In this document: positions 11,000-22,775 of the stretch, piece by piece
How positions within the stretch are numbered: the stretch's first letter is position 1
Layout of the letters: each line of letters starts with the position of its first letter
Assembly: GCA_052426225.1 (NCBI GenBank)
Contig: JBNJNM010000006.1
Coordinates: 1,178,001-1,242,000, forward strand
Direction of reading: 5' to 3'
DNA length: 64,000 bases
Source of the DNA: Zancudomyces culisetae HAW-14-8
Taxonomy: Eukaryota; Fungi; Kickxellomycota
Notes under the pieces: model-generated
The model's input: the letters and a program-made list of their open reading frames with translations, nothing else
Told to the model about the DNA's origin: nothing
Database searches by the model: none
Made by a program: the position numbers and the translations under genes

Positions 11000-12259
11000 A
11001 TATGATGAAAAAACTCAATTATGAAAAAGTTTGGAGTGTTATAAATCTGCTGGATAATGGATACTCATATAGAAAATTGCATCTAAACTATCTATTAGTA
11101 AAGGGACAATATCTAACATAAAAAAAAAGTATTGTTCATCAATAAAAAATTTATCACCTGGCAGCCCAAATAAATTGAAAAAAGCAAATGAGCGATTAAT
11201 AATTCGTAAAATTACGTCTGGACAATTTGATACAGCGACAGACTCTACAAAATTTCTCAAGGATAATGGCCTCGTATATGTGGTTTCTCAAACAGTGCGG
11301 AATAGCTTGAAAAAAAGTGGTTTAAGTGCAAAACCTAAGGTCAAAAAACCTATGCTAAAATTAGGCCATATTTAACAACGACGTGCATTTGCTAAAAATA
11401 ATCAGCAATGGACTGTAGAAGACTGGTAACATGTGATATCATCTGATATGACGAAAATTAACAGATTTGGGTCAGATGGGCGCATGTGGTGCTGGAAAAA
11501 ACAAGGGAGCCAGTTAAAACCGAACCATGTTAAAAAAACTATAAAACATGGTGGAGGTTCAATCATGATATGGGGATGCATGACTTCAGAAGGCCCAGGA
11601 TATCTTACTAAAATTGATTGCGGACTTAATGCAGAATTGTACTGTGATATTCTTGAAGACAAACTGGTAAAATCAATGGAGTGGTACGACTTAGACAGGG
11701 AAAGTACAACTTTTCAGCATGATAACGATCCAAAACACACCGCGATAATCACAAAAACCTGGTTGCAAACTAACTCAATTCAGGTGCTTGACTGGCCAGC
11801 ACAGTCACCTGACCTAAATCCAATTGAACATCTATGGGTCAATTTGAAAAGACGGCTGTCAGATCACGAAAATGCACCAAAAGGGATGAACGAACTTTGG
11901 GACCGCGTACAAGACGAGTGGAATAAGATAACACGTGACGAGTGTATGTCGCTAATCAGTAGCATGCCAACAAGAATTCATGCAGTATTGAAAGCCAGTG
12001 GTGACTATACTAAATGCTAGTTTAATTACGTTTATATATTTTTTTATTATTAGCAAAAAAATTGTTCAAATAAAATATCTTTACAAAAAGTTTAACTACA
12101 GAAGATTGGCTGCTTCAAGTATTCAAAAAATATGATAGGTAATACATATTATATGGATGTATATTAATTGTAAAATTTATAGTGATACGATATAGTATTC
12201 GTGAGAATAATATTTTTTAATGAACATAAAAAACATTTGAACAATTTTTTGAGTCACTG
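11000..12259 (+). mobile_element. Second Tc1 family, degenerate DD34E transposase; only the right end found
   Basis: HGGGSIMIWGC, FQHDNDPKH-(34)-SPDLNPIEHLW; ends GAGTCACTG|TA; upstream stops; left boundary uncertain. Confidence 0.85.
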
Positions 12260-12647
12260 TATATCAAATATTACATATCAGGTTGCGATACCTGCCAACG
12301 CAACAAATCCTCTCGCCATAAACCATATGGCTACCTCGCTCCACTTCCCGTTCCTGATTCACCTTGGTCATCTGTTTCTGTCGACTTCATCACTCAGCTA
12401 CCTCCATCCAATAACTTTACTGCAATCTGTGTATTTGTGGATCGCCTTACCAAGATGGCGCATTTTGTTCCCACAACCAATGAAATTGATGCTGAAGGTA
12501 CTGCAGATCTGTTTATCCAGCATATCTTCTGCAAACATGGACTCCCTAACTACATCGTATCTGATAGAGGTGTATCTTTCAACTCATCATTCATGCGTAC
12601 TCTAATGAAATCACTGAATGTTGAACAGAAAATGTCCACCGCATATC

Positions 12648-12786
12648 TGTTATAGCCAATAATATTACTTCTTATATCCCATAATTAATCTTAATATTTT
12701 ATGTTACATTTAATCATTTCGTTTATGCTTCGTTGTAAATCTCTAAGAATTACAACTTGTAATTCAATAAATCTCGTTCTGTGACA
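12648..12786 (+). mobile_element. 139-bp mini-LTR-like insertion, same as 485-623
   Basis: Same sequence and same insertion point in the integrase. Confidence 0.75.
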
Positions 12787-13615
12787 ATTCCATCCTCAGA
12801 CAGATGAACAAACTGAACGCGTAAACTCAGTATTGGAACAGTATCTCAGGTGCTACATTGATTACCAACAAACTGATTGGTCAAAGTGGTTACCAATTGC
12901 TGAATTCGCCTACAACAACACATCCCATGCTTCTACTAAGACCACACCTTTCTACGCAAACTATGGCTTCCATCCACGCTTCTCAGTCACAATTCCTCGT
13001 ACTCAAGTTTTAAATCCTGCTTCCTCTGATAGATCCAAACGACTATCTGATATCCATCAAGAACTGAAGTTTAACATCTCCCTTGCCCTTGAAGACCATG
13101 AGAAATACTACAACCGAAAAGTATCATCACAACCTGACTTCAACATTGGTGATCTTGTCTATCTCTCAACTATAAACATCAGGACTCAAAGACCAAGCAA
13201 GAAGCTTGACTATCGGAAACTTGGCCCATTCAAAGTATTGGAAAAGATTGGACAAAGATCATACAAACTCCAGCTACCACACACAATGAAGATTCACCCA
13301 GTATTCCACGTCAATCTCCTTGAACCTTGTAAACCAGACCTGATCCCAGACAGACTATCAAAACCGCTTCCACCTGTGATCATTGATGGCCAAGAAGAAT
13401 ATGAAGTTGAGAAAATCCTAGATAGTAAAATATTTGGTAGAACTGTCAAATACCTGGTACACTGGAAAGGATACCCAGACACTGAACGTACATGGCAAAC
13501 ATATTCTGACTTAGCAAATGCAAAATATCTTGTCACTGAATTCCATCGTCACCATCCTGAAAAACCAAAGCCAACACAAATGCTTCACGGAGCTCAGCCT
13601 TAAGAGGGGAGGTCG

Positions 13616-13989
13616 TGTCATGAACTGATTCTATTCCGCAGTAATGTTTAGAATGTTGGGGAACATTCTAGAACATTACCGAAAATTCACATTATTTATT
13701 AATTTTTCTTACGTAATAATTTTCACATGTTTAATTAAATTAGCATTCGAGTTTGATTTTTGTTTGATTACTAATCCAATTTGATTAGTAATCAAACACA
13801 TATTTCTTTACCTTTCATTTTTAGCTATTCCGCAGTTTTCTAGTGATTTTGTTCAAAAACCAAGGCTGGAAAAAAGTATAAAAAGGGTACAAATTTCCTG
13901 TCTTGGATTCAGTATCTAGTATCTTGTATACATTCATACAATAAACTTTAATAATAATATATATACTCTCCAGACTCCAGATCTTGACA
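13616..13989 (+). repeat. 3' LTR, family A (374 bp)
   Basis: TGTCATGAAC...ATCTTGACA; lacks about 37 bp present in the 5' LTR. Confidence 0.93.
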
Positions 13990-14199
13990 GAAGAACAGTT
14001 GTTTTTGCAACCACCTTCCTTCGTGGTGCGGCATTCTCGTGGCTCCAGCCCCACCTCGTTCCCGTACACCAGTACCTATGCTTACAGATTTTGAACTATT
14101 TACTAAAGAACTAAACAGAGTGTTTGGCAACCTTCATCAAGCGTTTACAGCCGAAAGACAATTAAGACGGCTTTTCCAAACCTATTCAGTTAGAATTTG
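13990..14199 (+). pseudogene. gag fragment of a further Gypsy family
   Basis: VFATTFLRGAAFSWLQPHL, then a frameshift, then DFELFTKELNRVFG...AERQLRRLFQTYSV. Confidence 0.7.
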
Positions 14200-14723
14200 T
14201 GTCAAAATTAAATAATACTTATAAGTTTACTTAATATTTCATGACCAAACCAAGAAGGTTACAAAATGAAATTTTATTCAATTACAAATTTACAAAATGT
14301 AATTTGTATTATTATAAGTTAATCTAACCAAGTCAAGTAAAAATATATTCTGTGATGAAATTCCTTTATATAATATTCACAGACCATTTATGGAAATAAG
14401 AAACCTAGCAAAGATTCCGAAACTATTAAATCAAAGTATCGTCAGAATAGACAAGACTGACGCAAACATTGGCACTCTAAACTCAAGTAGTTAATCACAT
14501 TAGTTATTCATAAGTTTTATGGACAAGTTTATAGTTTGATAGAATATTTACTCAAGTAAATTTTATATGAAAAAATCTCTGCAGTAAAGTATAAAAACCC
14601 TTTCGAAATCCATCGGAAGAGTTCTTCAGAGAAAAATATCTTAAACACTATCGAATACTATATTTTTCTAAATAATATAATAATAATAAATAATAAAATA
14701 ATAAAATTAATCATGTCTTAACA
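14200..14723. repeat. Probable solo LTR (about 524 bp)
   Basis: TGTCAA...TTAACA termini truncate coding remnants on both sides; internal TATAAAAA; no TSD. Confidence 0.45.
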
Positions 14724-15427
14724 CTGGAAATGCATTATTTTGAGTATATTACTCTTTGTCGCTTTTCTAGTTTTCTTCGAAGCCTGACTGGCTGGAGCTT
14801 GATTGGCTGAATTATTTACAGGTGTATCAACCTGATCCTGAGTCAATTGGGGAGTGGACTCTTGGGTAGCAGTAGGTTCTGCGGTCTCAATTTCATCGAC
14901 CACCATCTCGTTTCCCTCTGACTGTTCCTCCTCAATTTGAGGTTGCTCAACTGTAGGTTGAGCAGAAACAGTCGGAGTCTCAGGACCATTCTCAATTTCC
15001 TTATTCTTTTTTTGCTCTTCCAGCTCTCTAGCAATAGCAAGTTCCGCTTCGATTGTTTTTTCAATCTCGGCATCCTTTGCTTTCTGAGACTGCTCTAGCT
15101 CCCTAATATTTTTTTCTGAGCTTTGGAAGGGTTGTTAGTAGTTATATCTCCTGAATTAGTTTTACTTTTTTATATATGTTATTATAGATTCTAATTTTAA
15201 AATTATATTTAGATTTATTTAGCTTTAACTCTGAGCAATCTGACTTCCAGTGTTCCAAGGTTGAGCAATATGCACAGATTTTTGAGCACCCTAGAAATAC
15301 CATACGGTTTTTTTGCTCTTCGATCATCAAGCAGTTTGGGATTTTGATATCTGCACTCTTCTTTACAAATAGGATCCTCAAGTCGAATGGCGCCACTCCA
15401 AAACAGTCAGTTGATTTCCAAGCACCA
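14724..15427 (-). pseudogene. 3' part of a degenerate RRM/zinc-knuckle ORF1 (non-LTR retrotransposon-like)
   Basis: CAYCSTLEHWKSDC knuckle and K/E-rich tail; joins 19922-20499 in frame when the DIRS is removed. Confidence 0.6.
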
Positions 15428-15775
15428 ATAATATGATTAGTTGAATATAATGAAAACTTATTATTATTATGCGAATGCCAGATACAATTATGTGTGTTAC
15501 CAAATCTTCATTTAATTTCAAAATCTTTCCTAGATATTAAATACTTTAACCCCAAAATTTTGTCAAATGTTCCAAAATGTTGAAATTTCGTAATCTGAAA
15601 TTGAAAACTCAAGAATATTCTAGAGTGTTCGAATTCAGTACTAAAATTTCTTTAAAAATGTAGGGGTTAAAAGTATGAAAAAATTTTCTTAAAACAAAAA
15701 CAAAATGAAAATAAAGTATATAAACTGTCTGTTTTTCTAGTTTTCTTGAGTTCCTTACCATCGGTTGAGCTAGGT
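15428..15775 (-). repeat. DIRS right ITR with 3' extension
   Basis: Reverse complement of 19609-19906 plus a unique terminal 50 bp. Confidence 0.9.
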
Positions 15776-15794
15776 TAGGGCGGGACTGGGTGGG

Positions 15795-15889
15795 ACATAA
15801 TTGTATCTGGCATTCGCATAATTTTAATAAGTTTTCATTATATTCAACTAAACATATTATTATGCTTGATTGGCCAGATACAATTATGT
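15795..15889. repeat. DIRS internal complementary region (ICR)
   Basis: Left part is complementary to 15428-15492 and right part to 19891-19921; the two parts overlap at ATT. Confidence 0.9.
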
Positions 15890-17050
15890 TGCTTCAGAGT
15901 TTAATACGTGTAGAGTCAAATTTTCTCTTGTTCTACGTGATAACTGATAGGTTGTATCAAATATTCCTCTGCTTGTCCAAAATTCTTGGGTAATAACATC
16001 ATCATATGTTGCACCTGATGAAGTAGCACGAGTTGATCCAGGTGCTCTTGCTTTTGGTACTTTAGCGTTTGGCGGTAATGGTATAAGCGACATAAGTTTG
16101 TTAATGTGCTTGCTAATACGCTGTGCTCCAATGTTAGTACTGTTGTCCTTGAGACTCCTGATGAGATAGGATATTGAGTTTCCGTCGAGCAAAGAATGTG
16201 GTTTTACGCATGGTGTAACCGCAATCCGCTTTTTGTAAACCTGATAAGTTTCAACCGGACATAATTTTTTGTCAGTGTGTGCATGGATTATAGAAACTTT
16301 TTCAATTGGAGTTCCATTGCGTTTCTCCTTTGGTCCAACAATAATAAACTTAATGTATTCTCTTGTCACTGACGTCTTGCTGTCATCAATCCTCTCAATG
16401 TCGCTTGGCCTGAGAAAGCCACAGATGGCTATGAGCCAGCATAGTTTTGCTGTCAAGTCATACTTTGACATTCTGGAGTTAGGCCCAAGTTTCCCGATGT
16501 GGTCAATGATTGGACTGATGTCGTAAAGCGGATTGTCAAAGGATCTGACGTTTGATGAAGATAGTTGTTTGAGATACTCTTTCATTAGTGGATCGTCACT
16601 GAAAGAAGCCCAATCACTGGTTATGCCAAGAATGGCGGACTTGTAGTTCTTGACTGTTCCGAGTCTCCAGTTTAGCGCCTTCCGCTGCTGCTCCAGATAG
16701 TTGATAACGTCAACGACTGTTACGTTTTCTATGGAGATTAAAGATGTAGAAAGCCACTGTAGGAACTTGGTCTTCGGGTTCAAGTATTTCTTCTGCCTCG
16801 TCTTAACTCGAGTGTTGTCGAGCATCAAATTGATGACCTGGTAATCTAATCCTGCTTCCTGATACCTTGCGCGCTTAACCGCCAAGCCGTAAGTGACCAT
16901 GTCTTGTTGCGCATTGTCGCTGCTTTTCCGCTTCTCGGGTCTGGGATAACTGCTGACGGATGAATCTTGATTGGCGGTGCAATTGACAGGCTCTTCAGGT
17001 CCGGATACCACGGGGCTGAACTCCAGAACGGCGTGATCAGAGTCGCCATG
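15884..17050 (-). CDS. DIRS tyrosine recombinase (start uncertain; the frame is open to 17710)
   Basis: GFLRPSD (catalytic R), GPKEKR, LCPV, KARA..GST, W, and TTY (catalytic Y). Confidence 0.85.
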   Translation of the reverse strand, partial: HGDSDHAVLEFSPVVSGPEEPVNCTANQDSSVSSYPRPEKRKSSDNAQQDMVTYGLAVKRARYQEAGLDYQVINLMLDNTRVKTRQKKYLNPKTKFLQWLSTSLISIENVTVVDVINYLEQQRKALNWRLGTVKNYKSAILGITSDWASFSDDPLMKEYLKQLSSSNVRSFDNPLYDISPIIDHIGKLGPNSRMSKYDLTAKLCWLIAICGFLRPSDIERIDDSKTSVTREYIKFIIVGPKEKRNGTPIEKVSIIHAHTDKKLCPVETYQVYKKRIAVTPCVKPHSLLDGNSISYLIRSLKDNSTNIGAQRISKHINKLMSLIPLPPNAKVPKARAPGSTRATSSGATYDDVITQEFWTSRGIFDTTYQLSRRTRENLTLHVLNSEAT

Positions 17051-18728
17051 ATCCTCTCCTGGCGGATCTTTTGGATGGTACGCTGGATCAGATTCCACGG
17101 TGGGCACATGTATGGATTCTTCCACGCTGTCCAGCTGTGGTTGAATTCGTTGATTCTGACTGCTTGGGGGCAGTATTTCCAACTCACAAATGTGTTCAGT
17201 TTGTGATTGGTGCTGCTCGCAAACATGTCGATATCGTGAGGACCAAAGTATTTTTGAATCCTTTGAAACACTCTTTCCGATATCGACCATTCGGTCTGCA
17301 AAGTAAGCCGGGATGGGGCGTCTGCCGGATACACAATGGATGGTACGTACTGGATCTGTACCCTGGTCCCGTTGCTGATGCAGTGTTTCCACATCAGTTC
17401 CGATATGTCGAGCAGGTTGGGTGATCTGGTCCCTCCCTGTTTCTTGACATAGCTGATGGAGGTGTTGTTGTCGCAGTATACAACCACACTCCTGCCATTT
17501 ACCTGGGGCATCTTGATAGCCTTGTATATGGCTAGTAGCTCCTTGGCGTTGATCGGGAGCTTGGACTGTGCTTTGGTCCATATTCCTGAGTACTGGTTCT
17601 GACCAATAACTATCCCCCAATGGAAGTCGCTCGCGTCTGTGTAGACTTCCACTTCCGGAATCTCTGGGAGGAAGCTCAGGCCGTTCCATTCCTTCAGATG
17701 ATCTCTCCACCAGATCATTTGTCTAGAGCTGGCTGATCCAAAGATACTTCTGTGCTCCAACCCCGCGTGGTCCGCAGGGTGGCATTCTTGAGCTCCAAAA
17801 GCCTCCTGCTCATGAGTCTGCCTGGACGGAGAGCGATGTTCACTGCCTGTGTCTTGCCAATGAAAGACGCTAAGCATCTCAGCGTCGTCTTCCCATTCCT
17901 GATCAGTTTGGATGCCTCTCGCGTGAGATCCCTGAGTTTCTGCTTGGGAATCCTGAAGCTCATTTGGCGGGTGTTGATGTCCATACCAAAATGGCTGATA
18001 GACAGCTTGGGGTTCATTGACGACTTCTCGTTGTTTATAATGAACCCTAGCTTGGCTAGCTTGTTTGCAACCATCGCAGTGTACTTGGTACACTCGCTTT
18101 TGGTTGATCCCAAGACCAGCAAATTGTTCAAGTAGCTCGAGATTCGGATCCCTCGAGCTCTGGCCCACTTGAGAACTGGCTTTAGTATTTTGGTGAATAC
18201 TAGCGGGCTTAAGGACAGACCAAATGGCAGTACCCTGTACTGGTAGATGCGATGGCCCCACGTGAACCTGAGATATTTTCTTGACGCCTTGTTGATGAGC
18301 ACGTGCAAGAAAGCATCGCTGAGATCGATGCTTGTCATCCAGTCGCCCTTTCGCAACATTCGTGAGATGGTGTTGAGTGATTCCATCTTGAAATGCTGCT
18401 CGGGGATGTACTGGTTTAAAGGTCTCATGTTGAGGACCATCCGTGTTCCTCCATTCTTCTTTGGGACGGTGAATGTTCTTGAGAAGAATCCTGGCTGCGC
18501 TGCTGAAACTTCCTCTATAGCTTTTTTGGAGAGGAGACTTGTAATCTCCTGCTCGACGACCTTTTCCGGAAGTTTCTTTAAGTCCTTTACGCACGGCTTT
18601 GGCTGCTTGACCGTGGGAGGATGCGCATTGAAGGGGATACGAAACCCTTCCTTGATCACCTGGAGTACCCACTGGTGATCGGTAAGCTTCTTCCATGCCT
18701 CCTGGAAGAGCTTCAGTCTGCCCCCTAC
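16846..18728 (-). pseudogene. DIRS RT-RNase H-N6-adenine methyltransferase ORF; frameshift at about 17715; YLDD changed to YLNN
   Basis: VGGRL, SIDLSDAF, VLPFGL, YTDAS, INAKELLA, YCDN, IDMFAS...CPPW. Confidence 0.9.
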
Positions 18729-19560
18729 TTTCGGGGTCTGATGCTGCTGCCACCCCGAAAATTATTCTTAGGAGCATTGAAACGGGGCTGCCTCTGCTCC
18801 TGGACCTGCTGTGGCTCTTGGATCTGTGGTTGCTGGTCTTGCTGCATTCCCATGAGGCTTGGAAATGCTCTCTGACCGGTGTATCTGGGCCTGCGTGGCT
18901 GGTAGCTCTTGAGTGCCCTCTGGGCCGCTTGCTGGCTGGCCTTTGCTTCGACAATCTGGCTTGTGTCGACAAGGGACTTCTTGGTTTCTGGATAGAGTTG
19001 CGGCGTGTCGGTTTCAACGCCCGCATCTCTGTATGCCTGATTGATTCTGCACTGGCTGAGGTGCGTTGCCGCATCAGCCAAGAGAATTTTGATTGAGTTG
19101 GCAAACTCAATAACCTTGGAGACTGGCACTTGGCTGCCACCCTGAATGCACTCATGCACAAAAAAGTCAATCGGCCTGGTGATTGCCGATAACCTGTACT
19201 GTGCATCGTACATGGCGGCGTCGGTGCGTTTAGCAGAGCTGGACAACTTGACATTGACCGCGGGAGGGTCATAGTCTATGGCGGAGTTTCTGGGGACGGC
19301 GGCAAAAAACTTCTTCGATTGATGTCGGACAGAGGGGACTTGAAGAAGTTTTCCGTAACGGTTGGAAGAGCATCTTGGAGCTCTTTGTAAAGCTCCATGT
19401 CGGCGGGCTGTGGCCTTTCTGTGATATGAGAAACTGGCGGATCCATATCCACTGACTCTGGGACTGATGCTGCCTGTTGCTGTGAACCTGATTCCTCCAG
19501 AACAGTAAGTCTGTTGAGGATTTCCTGAATCATTTCTTGCGAAATGTTTGCATTATTCAT
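18725..19560 (-). pseudogene. DIRS gag with a frameshift at about 19305
   Basis: Two ORF pieces join at a homopolymer run; QYRLSAITRPID resembles the 5101-5200 gag; stop overlaps the RT start. Confidence 0.8.
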
Positions 19561-19608
19561 GATTGACTTTATTTATATTTATTATATGTATTTAAATGCT
19601 GGTTGTGT

Positions 19609-19921
19609 ACCTAGCTCAACCGATGGTAAGGAACTCAAGAAAACTAGAAAAACAGACAGTTTATATACTTTATTTTCATTTTGTTTTTGTTTTAAGAAAA
19701 TTTTTTCATACTTTTAACCCCTACATTTTTAAAGAAATTTTAGTACTGAATTCGAACTCTCTAGAATATTCTTGAGTTTTCAATTTCAGATTACGAAATT
19801 TCAACATTTTGGAACATTTGAAAAAATTTTGGGGTTAAAGTATTTAGTATCTAGGAAAGATTTTGAAATTAAATAAAGATTTGGTAACACACATAATTGT
19901 ATCTGGCCAATGAAGCATAAT
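19609..19921 (-). repeat. DIRS left ITR
   Basis: Inverted copy of 15478-15775 with few mismatches. Confidence 0.9.
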
Positions 19922-20499
19922 ATCTATAATCTCACCTAGCGGTGCTAGAACTCTATTGGCTTCCTCAACGACCGTTTAATTTGGGCCACCCTAAAGTCAG
20001 GAATGTCAATGAACGTAAGCTTCTCTCCATAGCTTATTGTCTGAAAAAAGCTGAGCTTTTTCCGGGCATGTTCAATCTCATTTTTCAGCAAAAGATTTGC
20101 ATCTTCAATGCTGTGAAAGGTGAAGTACGCAATTCCTGCGCCGTTATCAATATACAGATTGAATAAGGTGTCACCTAGAGAGTTGGTGATGGTTCGGATT
20201 CCAGCTTCCTGGTCCTCACCAAGGGAGTGAAGGTGAATCCCGATTTTTAAGTCGGAGCCCCCCTTGCATATCCGTTTACAGGCTTCTCCCTTACCTTTGT
20301 CAAGTAAGGACTTGAAGGAGTAATATATGAAATTTTCATTTTTTTTGAATGAAAAACTTCCAACTCCCTTTTCATCTTCAAGGTATTTGCCTTTCGGCGT
20401 TCCTAGTTCCTTTTATTTTGCTCCCATATTGGGTTTTAGGTCATTTTTGGCCGTACCACTGTAAAGCTGTGGGTTTTCACTTATTTTTTGGGAACTCAT
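19922..20499 (-). pseudogene. 5' part of the degenerate RRM/zinc-knuckle ORF1
   Basis: MSSQKISEN..., RNP1-like GIAYFTFHSIEDA, ANRVLAPLGEIID continuing to IGAWKST across the DIRS; stops and frameshifts. Confidence 0.6.
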
Positions 20500-22775
20500 T
20501 TCACCTAATCTAAATTTCAAAATCTTTTTTTTTTTTAATATTTTATAATTATTGTGTATTTATGTGGTTTATTAGTGTTTATTAGACCTTATTTAGTTTA
20601 TTAACATTTATTGCTGACACTAGCGAGCTTGATTAAAAGAAAAAAAATATTTTTAGATTTCAAATCTCAAGATGAGATTTGGTATATTTATTTTCATTAT
20701 TTTAAAATTTATTATTATTTCTAAGTATATAGTATAGAAAGAATTATCTAAGCGATTCTTAGTTGGATTAACGGTTCTTATAGAGAATCTTGTTGCTTTT
20801 TGCCTGCAATCTCATCTCATCATTTCGTTTTTTTCCTCTGGTAATTGACGTTTTAATTTTGTTTTGTGTTTGTGCACACATTTTAATTATCTAGATTCAA
20901 GAAAGTATTCACTTTTTAGAAATTTTTAAATCTACCAAATTGTTATACTTATATTAATACGAATTAGTCGGGTATTTCGAATTTAAATACTGATGGCATA
21001 CACACATCAAGCATATTTTTATAACTAAGCACAATTCTTTGATTTATTTTTATGAACAGATTTTACATTTATTACACTTAACTAGTATTTCTTTCATGTT
21101 AATTTATTTTGTTCTGGATAGTAATAAACCCTATTAAAAATATTTTTATAGCTTGAAGTTTCAATTTAACTAATAAAAGGTAATAAACTTATTTGGTACC
21201 ACTATGAAGTATAAACATCTAATAAACGCCTCTGTGGGTGCCACAAAAACTAAAATATTCACACATAAGACAATTAATTAGCTACACCACCATATAATGC
21301 ACTGATATCATAATAATATATTAAAATGGGTTGTGTGGTTTGTGTTTGTTCTCAACTATCAACTATACTTCAATTCTGTTGCAATTCTACATTTTCACCC
21401 AAATCGTAAATGCTATTATAGTGTTTCCTTATTTTTCCGAGTGTTTTTAGCATGCGTATTGCTACTTTTTTACAAACTGAATAGTACTTTTAAAGTATCC
21501 CACTTTCTAAACAGTATTGCACTGATTTATCCTAAAAAAATTATAATTGATATTTAAAACTTTTTCGGAACTTTGTATTGGTGTCAGCAAATTTCCGCTT
21601 GCCATTAATAGTCACTTGGAAAATGTCTACCTTGCTTTTACCACAGCTTAGAGGTATTAATCTCATTAAAAACGCACATATCGCGACCCTAAAATCACTA
21701 TTTCCAAGCCACTTTTTAATGTGTGAGCAAAAAATGTGCTTTAGGAAAAAGTCATTTAGGACCAGATTCAATCACAATGTTCAGAATGTAAGATGGTTTT
21801 TTTTTTCTATTTGTAAGAGCAATTCGTCAAATGTTCCAGACACAGCAGGAAAATAGATTTCAAACAATGGTTGTCAGAGCTTGAACACATTATCGCGCGA
21901 GTATAGCGACTCCATGTGGCTCGACGTAAGGGTAAAGTAGGGGTGGGATGAGTAAGATAAGTTTAGTTTTTAAGCTTATTGTTCTTTTTTTTCTGTGACC
22001 ACATGGTGAATGATTTATTTCCCAACCTAAAATACGACTAACAATCGAAAAAAATCAACAAATAACGCAAAGCTTAAAACCAAAAAAAAAAGAAGTCTTT
22101 ATCGGGTTATTAACTACATTCACTGCTTTATTCTTTTTCTATTACATGAAATAATTTATGTGATAACCAAAACTATTGCTGATAACAATCACGATCAATA
22201 AAGGTGGCCAATATTGGTATTGTAAAGAAAAAGACAAACACTTTTTATTATGATCTTAAAAAGGTCACTCTCATATTTTATGATTGGGAAATCCTAAAAC
22301 CATTTCAATCTAATTGTTTGTTGAGTTAAATGTTCATGATGTTAACGTTTGTAGGTTAAAACGATTTAAACCTTCAGAGTAATTTGTAATTAGAAACTGT
22401 CACAAAATTAACTAGCACTTTGAACTTCAATTATCATTCTGTAGACCCATGATACTACGTCTACTATATTGATAAATATAACAATTCTCAGAAAATTTCT
22501 ACTTATTAATACATTTCACGTGTATTCAAAAATATTCCTAGAATATGATCGAAAAAGGCTACCCTGGGAGAAGTAAATATGCAGTGTGTGCGTTGATTGA
22601 CTCTGTTATATATATGTATAAGTTTAATACATAATAGCCATCTTTATACTAGATACTAAGATACTAATTCACATTACCAATTATTATATATTTGGTCCGT
22701 TTTCCCCCTTCTAGGAGTTAAAACGTCGAATAAATAACATTTTCAAATTAAAAAGTGTTCGTATCGGATTAATTA

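Larger units (their letters stand above)
12260..13989 (+). mobile_element. Gypsy family A copy 2 (integrase, chromodomain, PPT, 3' LTR), inverted relative to copy 1
   Basis: Near-identical to the reverse complement of 1-~1000; chromodomain EYEVEKILDS...YLVHWKGYP; PPT AAGAGGGGAGG at 13602-13612. Confidence 0.93.
15428..19921 (-). mobile_element. Structurally complete DIRS-1-type retrotransposon (ITRs plus ICR), coding-inactivated
   Basis: ITR 15478-15775 is the inverse of 19609-19906; ICR at 15795-15889; overlapping gag, RT-RH-MT and YR ORFs; ATT at both ends. Confidence 0.95.

Noticed and set aside
4689-13989. The two family A LTRs as ends of one element or as giant TIRs
   Set aside because: Opposite orientation, an indel and substitutions between them, no matching TSD; each has its own PBS or PPT context
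16846-19272. 808-aa ORF as one real protein
   Set aside because: The N-terminal part is an alternative frame over gag/RT; only the part downstream of about 17715 is RNase H/MTase, joined by a frameshift
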